Positions 13,495 to 29,058 of a stretch of DNA of 64,000 bases are shown here, piece by piece. The stretch is from NCBI GenBank assembly GCA_012295275.1, contig CM022665.1:45570001-45634000 (forward strand). The letters are read 5' to 3'. Every line of letters begins with the position of its first letter. Within the stretch, counting starts at the first letter, position 1. The DNA is from Chrysomallon squamiferum (Eukaryota; Animalia; Mollusca). The notes under the pieces are model-generated. The model was given only the letters and a program-made list of their open reading frames with translations, made no database searches and had not been told where the DNA came from. The position numbers were made by a program, and so were the translations under genes.

Positions 13495-14296
13495 CACAAA
13501 TGTAAGCCATGTTGTAATTTCAGTGAATAGTTGTTCACCAATACAGACGATAAATCAGTTCCCAAAGGCACGTAAACACACTCCGCAATTCTACAAGCTT
13601 TGTGAGGTTCGTGTTGGAATGGGAAATAACCCCGAGGAGGGTGTGCACCGAGGATTGATCCTATGGCTTTTACCACATTATTAAAACAACCTCAGCTAGA
13701 TTTTTACGACCGTGTTTTTTGAATTTGTAGAAAATATAATTGAAAAAAAAAAAAAAAAAATTAATGAACATATGCTTATGTACTTTTGTATATCTGCACG
13801 TATTTGTTTCCAGTAAATCTTAAACCATCAGACAATAATAATGAAAAATATGAATATTAAATCGACGAAAAAACCCCAAAACCCTCAACAGCTCAACTCG
13901 AACCTCTCCTCTTCAATATGTAAATTTATCACTCTATTTAATATTCTGGAACGAAGGAAATGTTAGAGGGGATGAACGCACGTTACAAAAGGTATTTTAC
14001 CGTACAGTAAATTCCACCAAAAATACGTTATTTAGTTTTACCCACCAGAAAGAATAACGAAAGCAGACAACAATTTCATGGCTGATGCTGCGACCAGTTC
14101 ACTAAGCAGAAGAGAAAAAATTAATGTTCAGATCATGTGCCCCGCTCGGAAGGTCACGTGAAATTAAACACAGCACCGGACTCCACGTGCACGAGAGTTT
14201 GCATTAGCTGCTCTCGCTTAGGTAAACCTATTAATAGTTATAGATATATCACCTCGTTCTGGATGTACGATTTAAAAAAAAAAAAAAAAAAAAAAA

Positions 14297-14341
<45 letters not shown>

Positions 14342-14548
14342 TAATATTTTGTTTCCTTATAAATCTCCAGAATACATTATTGAATTAAATGCATTTTCAT
14401 GTCGATTTATATTTATATTTTTTTATTTAACAGTTACATTTGTGTTTATTCATCTGATAAGTAAAGGAGTTTTCAATAGTTGTGGATGTAATAATACTAT
14501 GAATAATAATTTTTTCATTTTCATGCATGAATTAACGTACGTATACAC

Positions 14549-14627
<79 letters not shown>

Positions 14628-14897
14628 GTCTGTCACACACAGAACAGAGACAGCAAAGTCATATTTTACACTAACAGCCATCTCTGGTAATAAAATCTAT
14701 GATGATAATCATCATCATCATCCTTGTCATCATCTCACATCACGATAATATATATCGGTGTACAAAAAAAATATAAAAAGATTCAGTCAATGATTTTTAA
14801 ACATTAATTTTATTTTTATGAATATACAAATTTATGAAAAAAAAAAATATATATATATAAAAAGAAGTAAAATTAAAAATAGATTTTAACGGGTTAT

Positions 14898-14988
14898 TTA
14901 CACAAGGCAGATGAATGCTGCAAACAACAACAACATTGGCAGATAACTCAAGTTCGTATTTCCGGAAGCCGTCTGTACCAGTACCTGG

Positions 14989-15019
<31 letters not shown>

Positions 15020-15164
15020 TACAAAATAAAGTATTATCAATTTTAATTATCGAAGAAATGGAGAAAAAAATAAAATAAAAAATAAAATTAAAAATATGCA
15101 CGAGGTCACCTACAATGAAACATCACATTCGATTCAAATATTTTCATATAAATTTACGGCGACC

Positions 15165-15250
<86 letters not shown>

Positions 15251-15363
15251 CCTTACAGCACACAGTGAATGAAACAGCAAGAACTTCATTTTAAATTTTG
15301 TTTTTTAAATTTTCTTGTTTGTTTATTATTATTATTATTATTGTTATGATTATCATTATTATG

Positions 15364-15417
<54 letters not shown>

Positions 15418-15734
15418 GCTACTGTTCTGATATTACAGTAAAACTTACTACATGGGTAGTTGTAAGTGATTTGGTCTGCCTCCGATTTCAGCGTCCCGTA
15501 ACCTGTTGTCTCCAGGCAGTGCTCGTAACCTTGGGTACAGGACGAAAAACTTCTGGCTGCGCTAAGAACAAGAAAAATAAAATAAAATTAATAATATACT
15601 GTAAAAATTATAATTTATCCGTTAATTATTGCAGACTTCTGTGTTTTGCTTACAGTGTTTAATTTTAGTATTTATTTCTCATTGTTTATTACTATTGTTA
15701 TCATCGTCATTATTGTCGTTGTTGTTGTTGTTGT

Positions 15735-15765
<31 letters not shown>

Positions 15766-16213
15766 TTTGTTGTTGTTGTCCTTTTTCATTTTCTTAGTAT
15801 CATCATCATTATCATTGATTACATCAATTCTTTACATTTTAAAAAAAAGTAAAATAACAGTTACAAAGTTTGCATGGATTGCACAAACTATGTAAAAACT
15901 ACATGACATTTTCCCGATATGAAATATGCTAACAATAAAAACACAACAGTTGTAAAATACAGCAAAATGTATTTCAGCTCAGCATTTGGTTCAAACTGTA
16001 CGGTGTGTGTGTGTGTGTGTGTGTGTGTGATACTTGTATGTATGTATATGTGTGTCACACACACTTGTGTTTGTATGTGTGTCTGTCATACATATGTATT
16101 TATTTGTGTATATCTGTGTATGCCTTTGTGTGTCATCTTCCTTGTACTCGTATGTGTGTATGGGGGCGCGCACGAACACGTGTATGTGTGAATGTGTGTG
16201 TATGTGTCCCTGT

Positions 16214-16274
<61 letters not shown>

Positions 16275-16619
16275 TGTGTATATGTGAATGTGCGAATCAG
16301 CGATTTTGTTTACGTACTCGCATTTGATCTGTTCATTTCCACTGGTGTCAGATTTGCCTAGGTTGAAGGCGTCAGCGCAGGATTTCAGGTGGGAGTAGGT
16401 GTTGGTGTCACTGCACGTTGTCTGGCTGAGAACAACACCAGCGTAGCCTGGAACAAAAAACACACACATAAATAACAAGTGACAAAGACGATAGAGACAA
16501 AGAGTGGAGCAAACATGAAACGAAATGTGATAAAAACAACAACAACAACAATAATAATAAATAACAAAACAAAAAAAAACAAGAAAATTAAAATAAAAAA
16601 ATTAAACTAAAATAATAAC

Positions 16620-16665
<46 letters not shown>

Positions 16666-17477
16666 CATACAAAAACCGAACAAGTAAAATAATAATGATG
16701 ATGGTGATGATGAACGACGATGATAATAATACAACTATTGCTACTGCCTACTACTAATATTATTCGTAGCATTCATGATAATAATAATAAAAACCATATA
16801 AAAATCGAACAATTAAAATAATAATAATAATAATGATGATGACGATGATAATAATACAACTATTGCTACTGCCTACTACTAATATTATTCATAGCATTCA
16901 TGATAATGATAATAATGATAATAATAATAATAATAATAATAATAATAGCTACATAGCAGTGATACTAAAACAATACAGAACAAACAAGAAACTGAACTAT
17001 GTCTGCCTTAATCATCTGCTCTTTACACAACTGACAAACACGATACAAAATCTTTCTAGATTAATATTCTGGATGATTTCCGATGCACTGTATATTTAAT
17101 ACTTGAGCTAGCACTGTAAAACTGTGACACAAACGTATCTAAGGTTAAAAAAAACAACGAACAAATTAAATACGCTACAAAATGGTGAAGTAAACTTTCG
17201 GACGCGTTCATCATTCTTTCCTTTCGTTTTTAAAATACAAGCGCAAATACTGGCGTCTAAATCATGCTTAACAATACAAGTCGCAACAAATGTATTTTTA
17301 TTTTATAACTTTCATGAAAATTATATGTTTAGGAGACTCAGAATGTTGCACGTACATGATTCGTTAAGTTTTGTAAATAACAGAGTGATGTGTACCTTGA
17401 AACGCGACACAGCTCAATTAGTGAGCACAGAAGATTTAACAGTTTTCACACGGTCGGCTTTTTATTCTACATTAGTT

Positions 17478-17530
<53 letters not shown>

Positions 17531-17597
17531 AAAAAGAAACAGATAATTTTAAGTTAAACTCACCCAAAGTAAGAACAAGAACAATCAGAAAATTCAT
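14898..17597 (-). CDS. Small six-Cys secreted/GPI-anchored protein, paralog A (RGM-N/neuritin-like), ~123 aa
   Basis: Exons 17597-17564 (MNFLIVLVLTL), 16447-16318, 15561-15449, a probable 8-nt microexon 15109-15102, and 14984-14898 (VLVQTASGNTNLSYLPMLLLFAAFICLV*). Exon sizes 34/130/113 are identical to paralog B. Cys pattern C-x11-C-x18-C-x8-C-x6-C-x21-C. Confidence 0.8.
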
Positions 17598-18068
17598 GAT
17601 GGCGCTGCAGCAGTTTTCAAATCGTTTAAAGTTGTTTGCTTCTTGTCTTCGTTGAGTCAAGGTCGAAAACACAAAACCCGTCTGGCGAGCAGAAACAATA
17701 AAATGCCCACTGGTCAAACCTAACCTGTACTAACTAGTGCGTGACGTCCTTACACAGAGTAAGCTCCCAGAAAAGCTTTAGTTCAGTATTATTTACCTGT
17801 GAAACCCAGGTAAGTCTACGCCCAAGGTTACGGCGTCTCGTTTTGTATTCTTTCCGCTTGTACCCAGAGTAAATAAGACAGAATTACAAATGTTGGCTGT
17901 ATTGCGAAATTGTGACAGTTTTAATTTAAAACTTTTTTGTTTTCTTCTTTATTACCTAGAGTAAGTAAGACAGAATTACAAATGTTGGCTGTATTGCGAA
18001 ATTGTGACAGTCTTATTTTTTTATTTTTTTTTTTTTTCTTCTACTTTTTTGTGTGTGTGCGTGCGTGC

Positions 18069-18100
<32 letters not shown>

Positions 18101-18322
18101 GTACAGGTTTACTGCAATGTGCAAAATTAATGATTTGTTATTATCGGTAATGTAGATATATGTGCATATAGTACTAATATTAGCTTCAGGAAATAACTTA
18201 CAGATTTTAAAGACTGTTGTTATTATTCGTATAGCTATTGCCTAAGCACATTATAAGATTATTAATACGAGTTTGGTTTATTGGAGCGTAAAAAAAAAAA
18301 GAGTAAATCTGAGTACATATTT

Positions 18323-18429
<107 letters not shown>

Positions 18430-18653
18430 TTCGGCAAATTATTTGCTTGACAATGTTATTTTTTTTAGAATCTGCCTGTGTGTTGAATTTTTATTCGTAG
18501 ATTATCAAAATTATTTACATGTCAATAAATAAAATTGTTAGCAACAATACTTATTTTTATCTGCTTTTAACTGCAACTGCGAACTTACTTTATTAGCGAG
18601 TTTCTTTAACTGGATGGCCCGTATCGTTAAAATATCCTGATAAATTCATCATC

Positions 18654-18686
<33 letters not shown>

Positions 18687-19820
18687 AATAATAATAATTT
18701 GAAAGAATAGAAGAGAGAAGTGAAAAAAACAACAAAAACAAACAAACAACAAAAACCACCTTCGTGCAATAAAAGTGATTTCGTAGATGAAGGAAACATT
18801 TTTTAAAATAAAAATATTTAATAGTTAATATAAATAAGTCTGTCTTGATTGCTAATAGAAAGAACAACGTATATTTGACAATGTGCATTTTAAAATATTT
18901 TAGACTTATAAAGTGACAGAAGTATGGAAATTGATCGCGATACCGTGAAGAATAAAATAATTATCGTTGTTGTTTAAATATCGAGAAACATGCGCTGAAG
19001 CATTAGATATAGTATACACAGACAAAACACAATCGTAAATATTCTCCATTCTTTTGTAAATTTGTATGTATGCACATATGTATATATAATATATGTATAA
19101 TGTATATATATATTGCTTAGTAGAACACGCTTGGGATATTATCTTTAAGAAGAAGACATTCTCTGCTATTCGATGATAAATTATCCGCAAACAAATCCAT
19201 GCAGGTTACCTTTGACAGCAAAGGTATTTTATAGATATCCTCACATAGACAAGAGAGCACAGACTGGAACGGACAATAGCCCGACAAACGTCGAGGCTCA
19301 AGACTGCAAACCTTGAGCAACATTTCCCATCTCAGCTGAGTCATTTTCTTTCTTCTTCTTTCGGTAAACAGTTTTATTTAAATACGGATCATGTAACACG
19401 AATCGTAAGCAAATGTTATTTACAGTAGATATATGGTTCTTCTCTGTACTTTAAACAAAGAAATCAGCGAGTGGAAATTTGAGAAAAACGTCAGCTACAT
19501 ATAATGCTATGTTATCATATGTGTGTGAAACTTTGTTATGATCCGATTTACGTTTTCACCTTGAAACGAACAAACGAATTATAATAACGACATTCAGAAG
19601 GAAAAACACTTTTGTCATAAGAATAAAAGATATCTCCAAATTGACATGTTTGCTGTGTATCCAAACTCCTATGAAAACAAGTATAATAATTTAAAAAAAA
19701 AATAAGAAAATCCGATGAAGAATCATTTCTTTTAGAGTAAAATTTCAGCTTTTTAACTTGTGAACAAATTTCAGAAGTAAAGATGTGGCAACCTTGTGTG
19801 TTTTGTTAAGGTTTAAGTTT

Positions 19821-19942
<122 letters not shown>

Positions 19943-20052
19943 GAACACTTTAATACGACGTAAGAACCACATTGTTTATAGTATACATCAAATGATGATC
20001 ATTCAGACAGCACGTACACTTAAATGATTGTATCGACAACTCACATATATCC

Positions 20053-20085
<33 letters not shown>

Positions 20086-20366
20086 TTAAAAAAAAGAGTA
20101 AATGAACAAAAGGCGGCTTTAATGTAAACTTTAATCAAAGTAATAGTAATACAGAGAACGTCTGTTAGGATGAAGAACTGGACAGCAAAATTAGCAGGGA
20201 ATTAGAACTTTATTCTATTAATCGTATTCCAAAATAATTCAAGTGACGAAATGTGACAAGACAATTTTTTATTTCTTTAAAAATCAAGACTTTAACTGAA
20301 TATAAATAACGTATGAGTACAATTCTAATAACAAATGCATACAACATTAATGTGTATAATTATTCT

Positions 20367-20489
<123 letters not shown>

Positions 20490-20571
20490 CTGTCTATATA
20501 TATATATATATATCTATATACTTACACACACAAATGTGCGTATTTAAATTACGTAACTAATATGTGTACAG

Positions 20572-21303
20572 CTAAATATCACAACGTATTATGCTGATGA
20601 ACAGAGAACACAATATCGTCGAGAGAGACAGGTAAAAGACAGTTCCAGCAGCTTGTACATCACCTGAAAACATTAAAATACAAAATCACTGAATTATTAT
20701 TTTAAGTGTATAAAACTATATATATATAGTTTTACTTGTTACATTGTTACTTTGTTTTTCATAAAGACTTTTATATAACAACTGACAGATATTTGTTTAT
20801 TTACACTTAGTCATCAATAAATGAGTTACTGCCTGCACAGCCGTAACAGCAAATGGATTAAATAAGATAAGAAATAAAAAAGAAGAAAACCATAATAAAG
20901 ATGAAAATAAAGAAGAAAAAAAAATTGGTGAAATAAATAAGAACAAAAAAAAAAAAAAAAAAAAAAAAAAATCAAGATGAAAATTGAGATAAAAGTTTGT
21001 GAAAATAATAAGAAAAACAAAAGAAGAAAAAAAAATAAAAAAAAATAATAGATATAATGAAATAAAAAAGATCAAAGAAGAACAAGAAAAAATAAAAAGA
21101 AGTGTGTCTTACTACACGGATGTTTGGATGTAATCTGCTTCGCTTCGTTGTTGGCATAGTCAAATCCAAATTTTGTGAGGCAGGATTCTTTTCCACTGAT
21201 ACATGTTTGAAACGTTTTGGCCGCACTGGAAATTTAACAATGAATATCCAGCTGACGTTAAATTATACACAAATATAGATATATACAAATGACTAAATTA
21301 CAC

Positions 21304-21359
<56 letters not shown>

Positions 21360-21488
21360 CTTTATATACCTGTTCGAACGCAAATAACCATTTCAGATGA
21401 TAAAAGAAAACGACTACTACTGGCGTAGTGATGTTTCCTACAATTACTTCTATTACTATATTTCTGCTATTATAGTTATTTCGACATT

Positions 21489-21520
<32 letters not shown>

Positions 21521-22257
21521 GTACTACTACTACTACTACTACTACCACTGTTACTGTATTGCTCCCATTATAGTTACTTCGACATTTACTACTACTACTG
21601 CTGGTAGTACTACCACCACCACTATTACTGTATTGCTCCTGTTATAGTTACTTCGACATTTACTACTACAACTGCTGGTACTACTACTACAAGTACTGCT
21701 ACCACCCCACTATTACTGCATTGGTCCTATTATAGTTACGTCGACCTTTATTACTATTGCTACACTTACTACTACAAGTACTGTTACCACCCCACTATTA
21801 CTGCATTGGTCCTATTATAGTTACGTCGACCTTTATTACTATTACTACACTTACTACTACCACCATCATTATTACTATCAACACTTCTGTTGTTAGCATT
21901 ACTACTTTGTAATAATATTAAAGAAAAATACCGAAAAAACCTACTACTACAACGACTACTGAAACAGTGAGTACCGATATATATTACTACAATGTACCTA
22001 CTATTCAACTGCTACCACCACCACAACAACAACAACAACAGCAACAGCAAGAAGAACTAGTACTCACTCGCATTTGATTTCGTAATTTCCAGAAGGATCG
22101 TTTTTCAGTGTGTTGAACGTGTTCACACATCCCTGCATCAGTATGAGAGTGCTGTTATGTTCACACGTGTTGTGAGCGACAACAGCACCTATACATCCTG
22201 AATAATAATAACAGCAGTAACTACAACTACAGCAACAATAATGATGATGATGATGAT

Positions 22258-22291
<34 letters not shown>

Positions 22292-22487
22292 TTAATAATA
22301 ATAATAATAATAATTGTTAGAAAAGAAGACGATGAAAACACCGACAGTTATAACAATAATAATTAAAAGACGACAACCGTAATAACAACAACGACTACTA
22401 CGACGACGATGATGATGATGGAAGTAAGAAGGACATTTACAAGCAAAGAAATATTATGATTAAGATGAATAATAATAATAATAATAA

Positions 22488-22518
<31 letters not shown>

Positions 22519-22595
22519 AAGAAGATAAAGAAAAAGAATGAAAAGATTATGATAATGATGATGATAATGATGACAGTCACAACAACAACAACAGC

Positions 22596-22647
<52 letters not shown>

Positions 22648-22766
22648 TTTCTGAAGTTTGCAATTATGATGATGATGACGATAAATATAATAATTTAAGT
22701 AATGAAAATTATTTATAAAATAATATGCATACCCAAGTAAATCAAGAAAACAAGCGCAGCGTTCAT
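20572..22766 (-). CDS. Small six-Cys secreted/GPI-anchored protein, paralog B (RGM-N/neuritin-like), 122 aa
   Basis: Exons 22766-22733, 22197-22068, 21225-21113 and 20663-20572 splice in frame: [122 protein letters not shown]. Has a signal peptide and a hydrophobic C-terminal tail. Confidence 0.88.
21440..21900. repeat. Degenerate minisatellite in intron 2 of six-Cys paralog B
   Basis: Recurring tatagttacttcgacatttactactac...ccactattactgcattggtcctat units interleaved with (ACT)n. Confidence 0.75.
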
Positions 22767-23871
22767 TTTGTGTCTGTTAATTTCAAAATTTCTTCTTTCT
22801 GCTATTAAACTTTGAAATGACCTTGGTCAGCAAACTGGTCAGGCAACACGACAATACGAAATCTGACAACTATCTACGGAAAGCCACTCCAGCCAACTGT
22901 CACTATCACTGCCGTAACTATTGCTTTCACTGCCACCATCACTACAACTTCTATCATTAAACCACTACTACTACTACTACGACTACCACTACAACTATTA
23001 CAATTACTTCGAGGACTACTACTACTACCATTACTACTATTACAAATCAGTTTTTTCTCGGTATCCAATACTTTTTGTTATTTCAGAAACGACTTTATGC
23101 GGTGTCCACGACTTTTTATATTTCATCTTGACAGTATCATTTTAATGAAAGCGTATTGAGATGATGAAAATTAAACGTATAATTATTAAAAACAGAGACG
23201 TAAAGAACCAGGAACAGCGTTAGATGATCACATGGCACGTTTGGGCTTCCATAGCTACCGTACGTAACTAAAGCTTGGCGGCTTTTGAAAGAACATCCAA
23301 CCGGTTTAGTGATATCTGTGATATATTAATCACATGACCCTTTGGCTGTTTTTGTTTCGAATAAAAGGCAGGAGTGACGTTGAAGAGGTACCTGAATGCA
23401 TACACCTTGCTTTCTTTTCATTCATTCATTCCTCCATCCATTCATTCAATCATTTATCATTCCTTTATTGCGATCTTTTCAATCTTTATTTTGGAATTTT
23501 TATGCCTTTTATTTTTCTTCTTATCTTATGGTGTTTTTTTTTTTTTTTTTTTTTTTTCAAATGTGTTTTATTCTTCTTTATTACACTCATTCAGACATAT
23601 CAGGTCATTGATAGTTCATGCGATAAAAATCGATTCAGCTACGTTAAGCAGAAAAGATCCTGAAAAGCAATTGCTTGAAGGGACAGCAGACGTTGTCGCT
23701 TGGCTTTTTATTATGGTACATTATATATATAAGTATCTTATATACTCACATAGACTCTGACTTTGTTTAATTTTTATGCACACATATGGATACGCATACA
23801 TATACACAGACATACACGTTAATACATATGGATCAAATTTTTTTTTAGGATATGCCTACATGCTTCCGTGT

Positions 23872-23923
<52 letters not shown>

Positions 23924-24776
23924 GTAGTAGTAGTAGTAGTAGTAGTAATAATAATAATAATCATCATCATCATCACACTATTGTCATCATCATCATCATA
24001 TCTACAAACACACATATTAGATAAGTAGGTAAATGCACACAAACATACAACATACGTAGTTACATGCATTCATACATTATTATTGATGTTATTGTTTTAT
24101 TATTATTGCCGTATGCTTATGAATGTTACTGTTATTAGTAAAAAATGGTATTCTGTTAATTTTAAAAGTTCGGCAAAAAAAAAAAAAAAACCTGAACGAT
24201 TTAAAAGAAAATGAAGACAGTACATTATAAACAAAAGCGATCGGAATGTTTATTTGTGAAATTTTTATACCAAGTCTGGTACAAGTATTACAACTGCCAG
24301 GTACGAAAATTAATTTACTATTAAAAACCTGTATGTTGTGGTACATCCAAAACCTGTACGAATATGGCCAAAAAAACCATGTGTGTTTGTGTGTGTGTGT
24401 GCGTGCGTGCATGCATGCATGCATAAGTAAATTAAACTGGTTTTACTTTTACTCACCGGATTTCCAAAGATTAACCAGGCAAATTAATAATTCCGATACA
24501 AATAATACAGTGTAAGCTAAATCCTATCACCTACCAAGTTACTTATCGGTTTCACATCATTCCTAGCGTTGGCGACGTTGATTATTTTTTATATATATAT
24601 TTTATGTTTTTAATATGAAACCTTCGCACGTCAGTGAAACCAGTAACGATGGCAACAGGCCCTCACGTTAACGTAATGTCTTCTTTGTTTTCTATTTTTG
24701 CAGTCACGTACACTGAATGCAGATTTCGTAAAGATAAATTTATCACTTTTCAGTCTAAATATTTAGGAAACATTTT

Positions 24777-24831
<55 letters not shown>

Positions 24832-24899
24832 GTAATAATTGGAAAACTGCATAGTAGTAGCTGTATTAGCAGTAGTAGTAGGAGAGGGGTAATTTTAGA

Positions 24900-24943
<44 letters not shown>

Positions 24944-26185
24944 GTGATAACCGTAGCAGTAATAATAGTTGAGGTAGCAGCAGCAGTGGTAATAGTAGAA
25001 GTAATAATGGTTGTCGTGGTGGTAACACATTCTAGAAAATACATTTTAATCCCATTTAGTTATCGTATTCAATCTTTCTCCACTTATGGTCTATCTGGCA
25101 AAATATCAAAATTAGCAAAGTTTGCTTTGTTCTTGTGTTAAAATCCTAAACTGCGCCACACCTCAGTAATGGAGTGATTTTTGTTAATGAATAATTCAGT
25201 CTATTATTCTAAAGGCGTTTAGACACCGTGTATCTTTCAGTTACTATTTCTCGTCGCAGATTACTGGGGATATTTACTGTTCCAGTCAGTGGTGTCCGAA
25301 AACCTGCATATTAAAAATTATTTCTTACATAAAAAAAAAATAATAATAATAATAATAAATTAAAATAAGAATAATAATAATAATAATAATAATAATATTT
25401 AATAATAATAATAATAATAATAATAAATTAAAATAATAATAATAATAATAAATTAAAATAAAATAAATATGAAATAAAATAAAATAAAATAAAATAAAAT
25501 AATAAATAAAGAAAAAAAGAAAAATAGAAATTATCGAATTTAAACAAGCTATTTTATTTTTTTTTAAAAAGTAAAAAAAAATAATAATAAATAAATAAAA
25601 AAAAAAAAAAAAAAAAAAATAAAAAAAATAACTTTTTTGACACACGACAAAGATTTTTAAAAATTGGTCCTATCAAACAGTCCAACAAACTCATGAGTGC
25701 TTGTTTCACAAAAGAAATATTAACTTTTCCACTACATACTGTTGCAACCTTTCTTATCACGTATCTGCACATCATCAAATACAGTCACATTTGTCCTCCT
25801 TTCTCTAAAATTGTTTTCCCAAGCCTATCCATTGAGTTATTTTTAAATATTAGCTGGAAGATGTATTTTATAGGCACCTACTCATATACAGGAAAACATT
25901 TAATAAATAGCCCTTTAATAAATAGTGACAGCCGAATAAAGAAACTATAGCAGTGCATCCGCTCAGGTGAGAAGAGTCAAGCTCTAACAAGAAACAAAAT
26001 TCCATTTGTGAACCAGAATACGAGTAACAGAGGTTAACAGGTATAATGAAAATCGTTATGATAAATCGTAACGAACATAGTGCCTTTATTTCAGACAAGT
26101 ACTAGGTTTGAGTAGCACTTTGTCTTATCATTTAAAAATCATTGTTCTCGACTCTTAACTTCACTTTGGAGAAATTATTTTCAAA

Positions 26186-26272
26186 ATGAAGACGTTTTGG
26201 TCACTGCCCTTTTATTTGGTACGTACTGCCTTGGTGCGCGCGCGCTTGTGTATATAGATGAATGTATGTATG

Positions 26273-26306
<34 letters not shown>

Positions 26307-26928
26307 TGTATGTATGTATGTATGCATGTATGTATGTATGTATAAAAATACGAATTGCAAAACGGCGTAGATTCATTTAGAAAATCACTAACCATTATTT
26401 TATGGTGACAAACTTAATTATTAGTTGTATATTTACTGACAGTGCAAAAGGGCATACATCCTTTTCAGTTTTTAGATTGTGTTTTCTTTAAAAGTGATAT
26501 TATTATTATTATTATTATTATTATCAGTAGTAGTATTATTAGTAGTAGTAGTTGCAGTTGTAGTACGAGTGGTATTAGTAGTAGATTTAGTTGTAGTATT
26601 AGTAGTAGTGGTAGCAGTAGTAGCAGCAGCAGCAGCAGTAGTAGTAGAAGTAGTAGTGTATAACATGATGTTATAATTTCAGCGATCAGCTTGGAACTTG
26701 TGGACGCAGCAGTAACAACAACGTCATCAGGTGGTTGCAGTGAAAGACAACAGCAGGAGCTAGAGAATTGTTTTCAAACGTTTAACGAAGCTTTAAACAA
26801 CAAGGACGGAAACTACCAGCAAAAATGCCAGTGAGAAAACTAAATACTTTAAGATTTTCAAATCTTTGTGTGTGTGTGTGTGTGTGTGTGTGAAAAATGA
26901 CGTGAGATGATTGTGTATGTGGATGACG

Positions 26929-27008
<80 letters not shown>

Positions 27009-27074
27009 TGAGAGAATTTGAAATGTCTATCCGTGTTGTGTATGTGGATGATTTATACATACACATACATACAA

Positions 27075-27171
<97 letters not shown>

Positions 27172-27848
27172 AGAGAAACGTCCACTATTCACGTTCATCA
27201 ACCAACAGTTGTTGCCACGAAGACAAGAATTTGCCTTGAAATTGTCAGAGAGAGAGAGACGAAAGCTCCAGAAATTTTCTGAGGTTCTTGTATATATTTT
27301 GATGACAATTTAACCTGGAAAACGGATTCTCGTTCATCTGCCTTCATTGCCAGTATTGTTCAGAGAAGCTCCAGAATTTCTTGATGACTGTACCTGGGAT
27401 CTGCGCGACTGTTTCCAGATTACCAGACTGAATGATATGATGAAGGATGCCAGGAAACTCCAGTCCGATTCATGTAGTAAGTATCGTTTACGTATAATAT
27501 ATTTGGGTACGTGTTTATACTGTTGCAAATAATTATTGGTACGTACGCACCGCATCACAAATATTTTATAAAGTATCCAAATAAACGTGTACTGGTTATA
27601 TCTTTATTCGATTCGTTTCAGTAATAAATTGTTTAAAAATATCTGATATTCAAGTTAAGGGTAATGATTTTTATGTGACGGAGAAAAGCTGTGTGTGTGA
27701 ATTATATACAACTGTCTTTCTATTAAATGCGTATTAAATTTAATCTCGTAACCCTACAGCTCCATCTGGTGCCGGCAGAATGGCATTTCCTCTGATGTCC
27801 TTCACCTTTTCTCTAATTGGAATTCTGGTCTTGTGGTTCCAACAGTGA
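26186..27848 (+). CDS. Small six-Cys secreted/GPI-anchored protein, paralog C (inverted orientation; exon 1 apparently one base short)
   Basis: Exons 26186-26218, 26683-26830 (..CSERQQQELENCFQTFNEALNNKDGNYQQKC), 27364-27476 (113 nt, EAPEFLDDCTWDLRDCFQITRLNDMMKDARKLQSDSC) and 27760-27848 (PSGAGRMAFPLMSFTFSLIGILVLWFQQ*). Exons 2-4 have the same phases as paralog B. Confidence 0.8.
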
Positions 27849-28969
27849 ACAAGAAGAATTTTAAAAAATTAAAAAAATATAAAATCAGGCACACTCGACC
27901 ACATATACTAAAATACTTTCAAATACACTCACTATAAATCGTGCTACAAATCGTACGCATTCAAGCAGAGTAACGTATATTCCTCACGATTAGGTATATT
28001 TAATTATTTCCGTGTGCTTCATAAAAAATACTTTATATCACATTAATTATATCAAATTTAGACAGGATGTGAAATTGTAACGTCGTATATTATTAATCAG
28101 TTATTATGTGCAAAATATTTAATAGAAAAATAAAAAGGATGTAACAAATGATTTGTTTTTCGTTTCTGTTACATCGGCTTGCCCAGCCATTAATCTAGCG
28201 TAAAAATCCATCAGAACATAATGTGGAATGGATAAGAAAAACTTCCAAATCTTATTTTTTTACATCTGAATTCTTTTTAAATTCGGTAAGAACTGGAGTA
28301 AATGATATTCATCCACGACAACTGAACACATTTAAATATAATTTTACAGATAAACGCAGATAGAAGAAAAGTACACACTCTCAACTTGGGACAGTCATAC
28401 TGACCGGGAACGAGGATCAAAATGCACAGAAACAAAATATAATTTAAACTAGAAACAATTTATTAAAATTTTGCATAGTACAAAATAAAATAATAATAAT
28501 AATAATAATTAAGAGAACAACAAAAAGTTATAATAAATAATGACAGTTAAGTTACCGTGTCCTAAATATGGCGCCTTCGTTCTAAAATAAAATATTAATG
28601 TTAAAAGATAATCAATTTGTACATTATATAAATGCAGTTAATATCGTCTAGACACTAAAAACTTAACTCTGCTATCATCCACAGTGTTTCTTGTTTAAAA
28701 AAATTGAGCGAGTTGTCAGTTAAGGCACAGATAAAACAGGCTGTATCCTTCAAGACAAGATTATTAGGCTGGGTGAGGTGACTAGTCGAAGTAATGTAAT
28801 TTAACAGCGGAGTAAGGAGACACACGACAAGCTGCAAGCTGACTTATCGCAGACTCAGTCTGTTTTGACATTAAACGTAGTGAAAATACCCTGTGAGATA
28901 CCAGTTAAAAATATACATGGTTAGTGATTACCTATTTCTATCATTCTTAATATTAAGCGTTTTTTAAAA

Positions 28970-29008
<39 letters not shown>

Positions 29009-29058
29009 AACAATTATTAAAATATTTCTATCGCAGGTTCGTGCTTTTTTTTGTCCAT

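Noticed and set aside
19117-19344. 75-aa Cys-containing ORF between paralogs A and B as a fourth family member
   Set aside because: Cys spacing and exon size do not match the family, and no partner exons were found.
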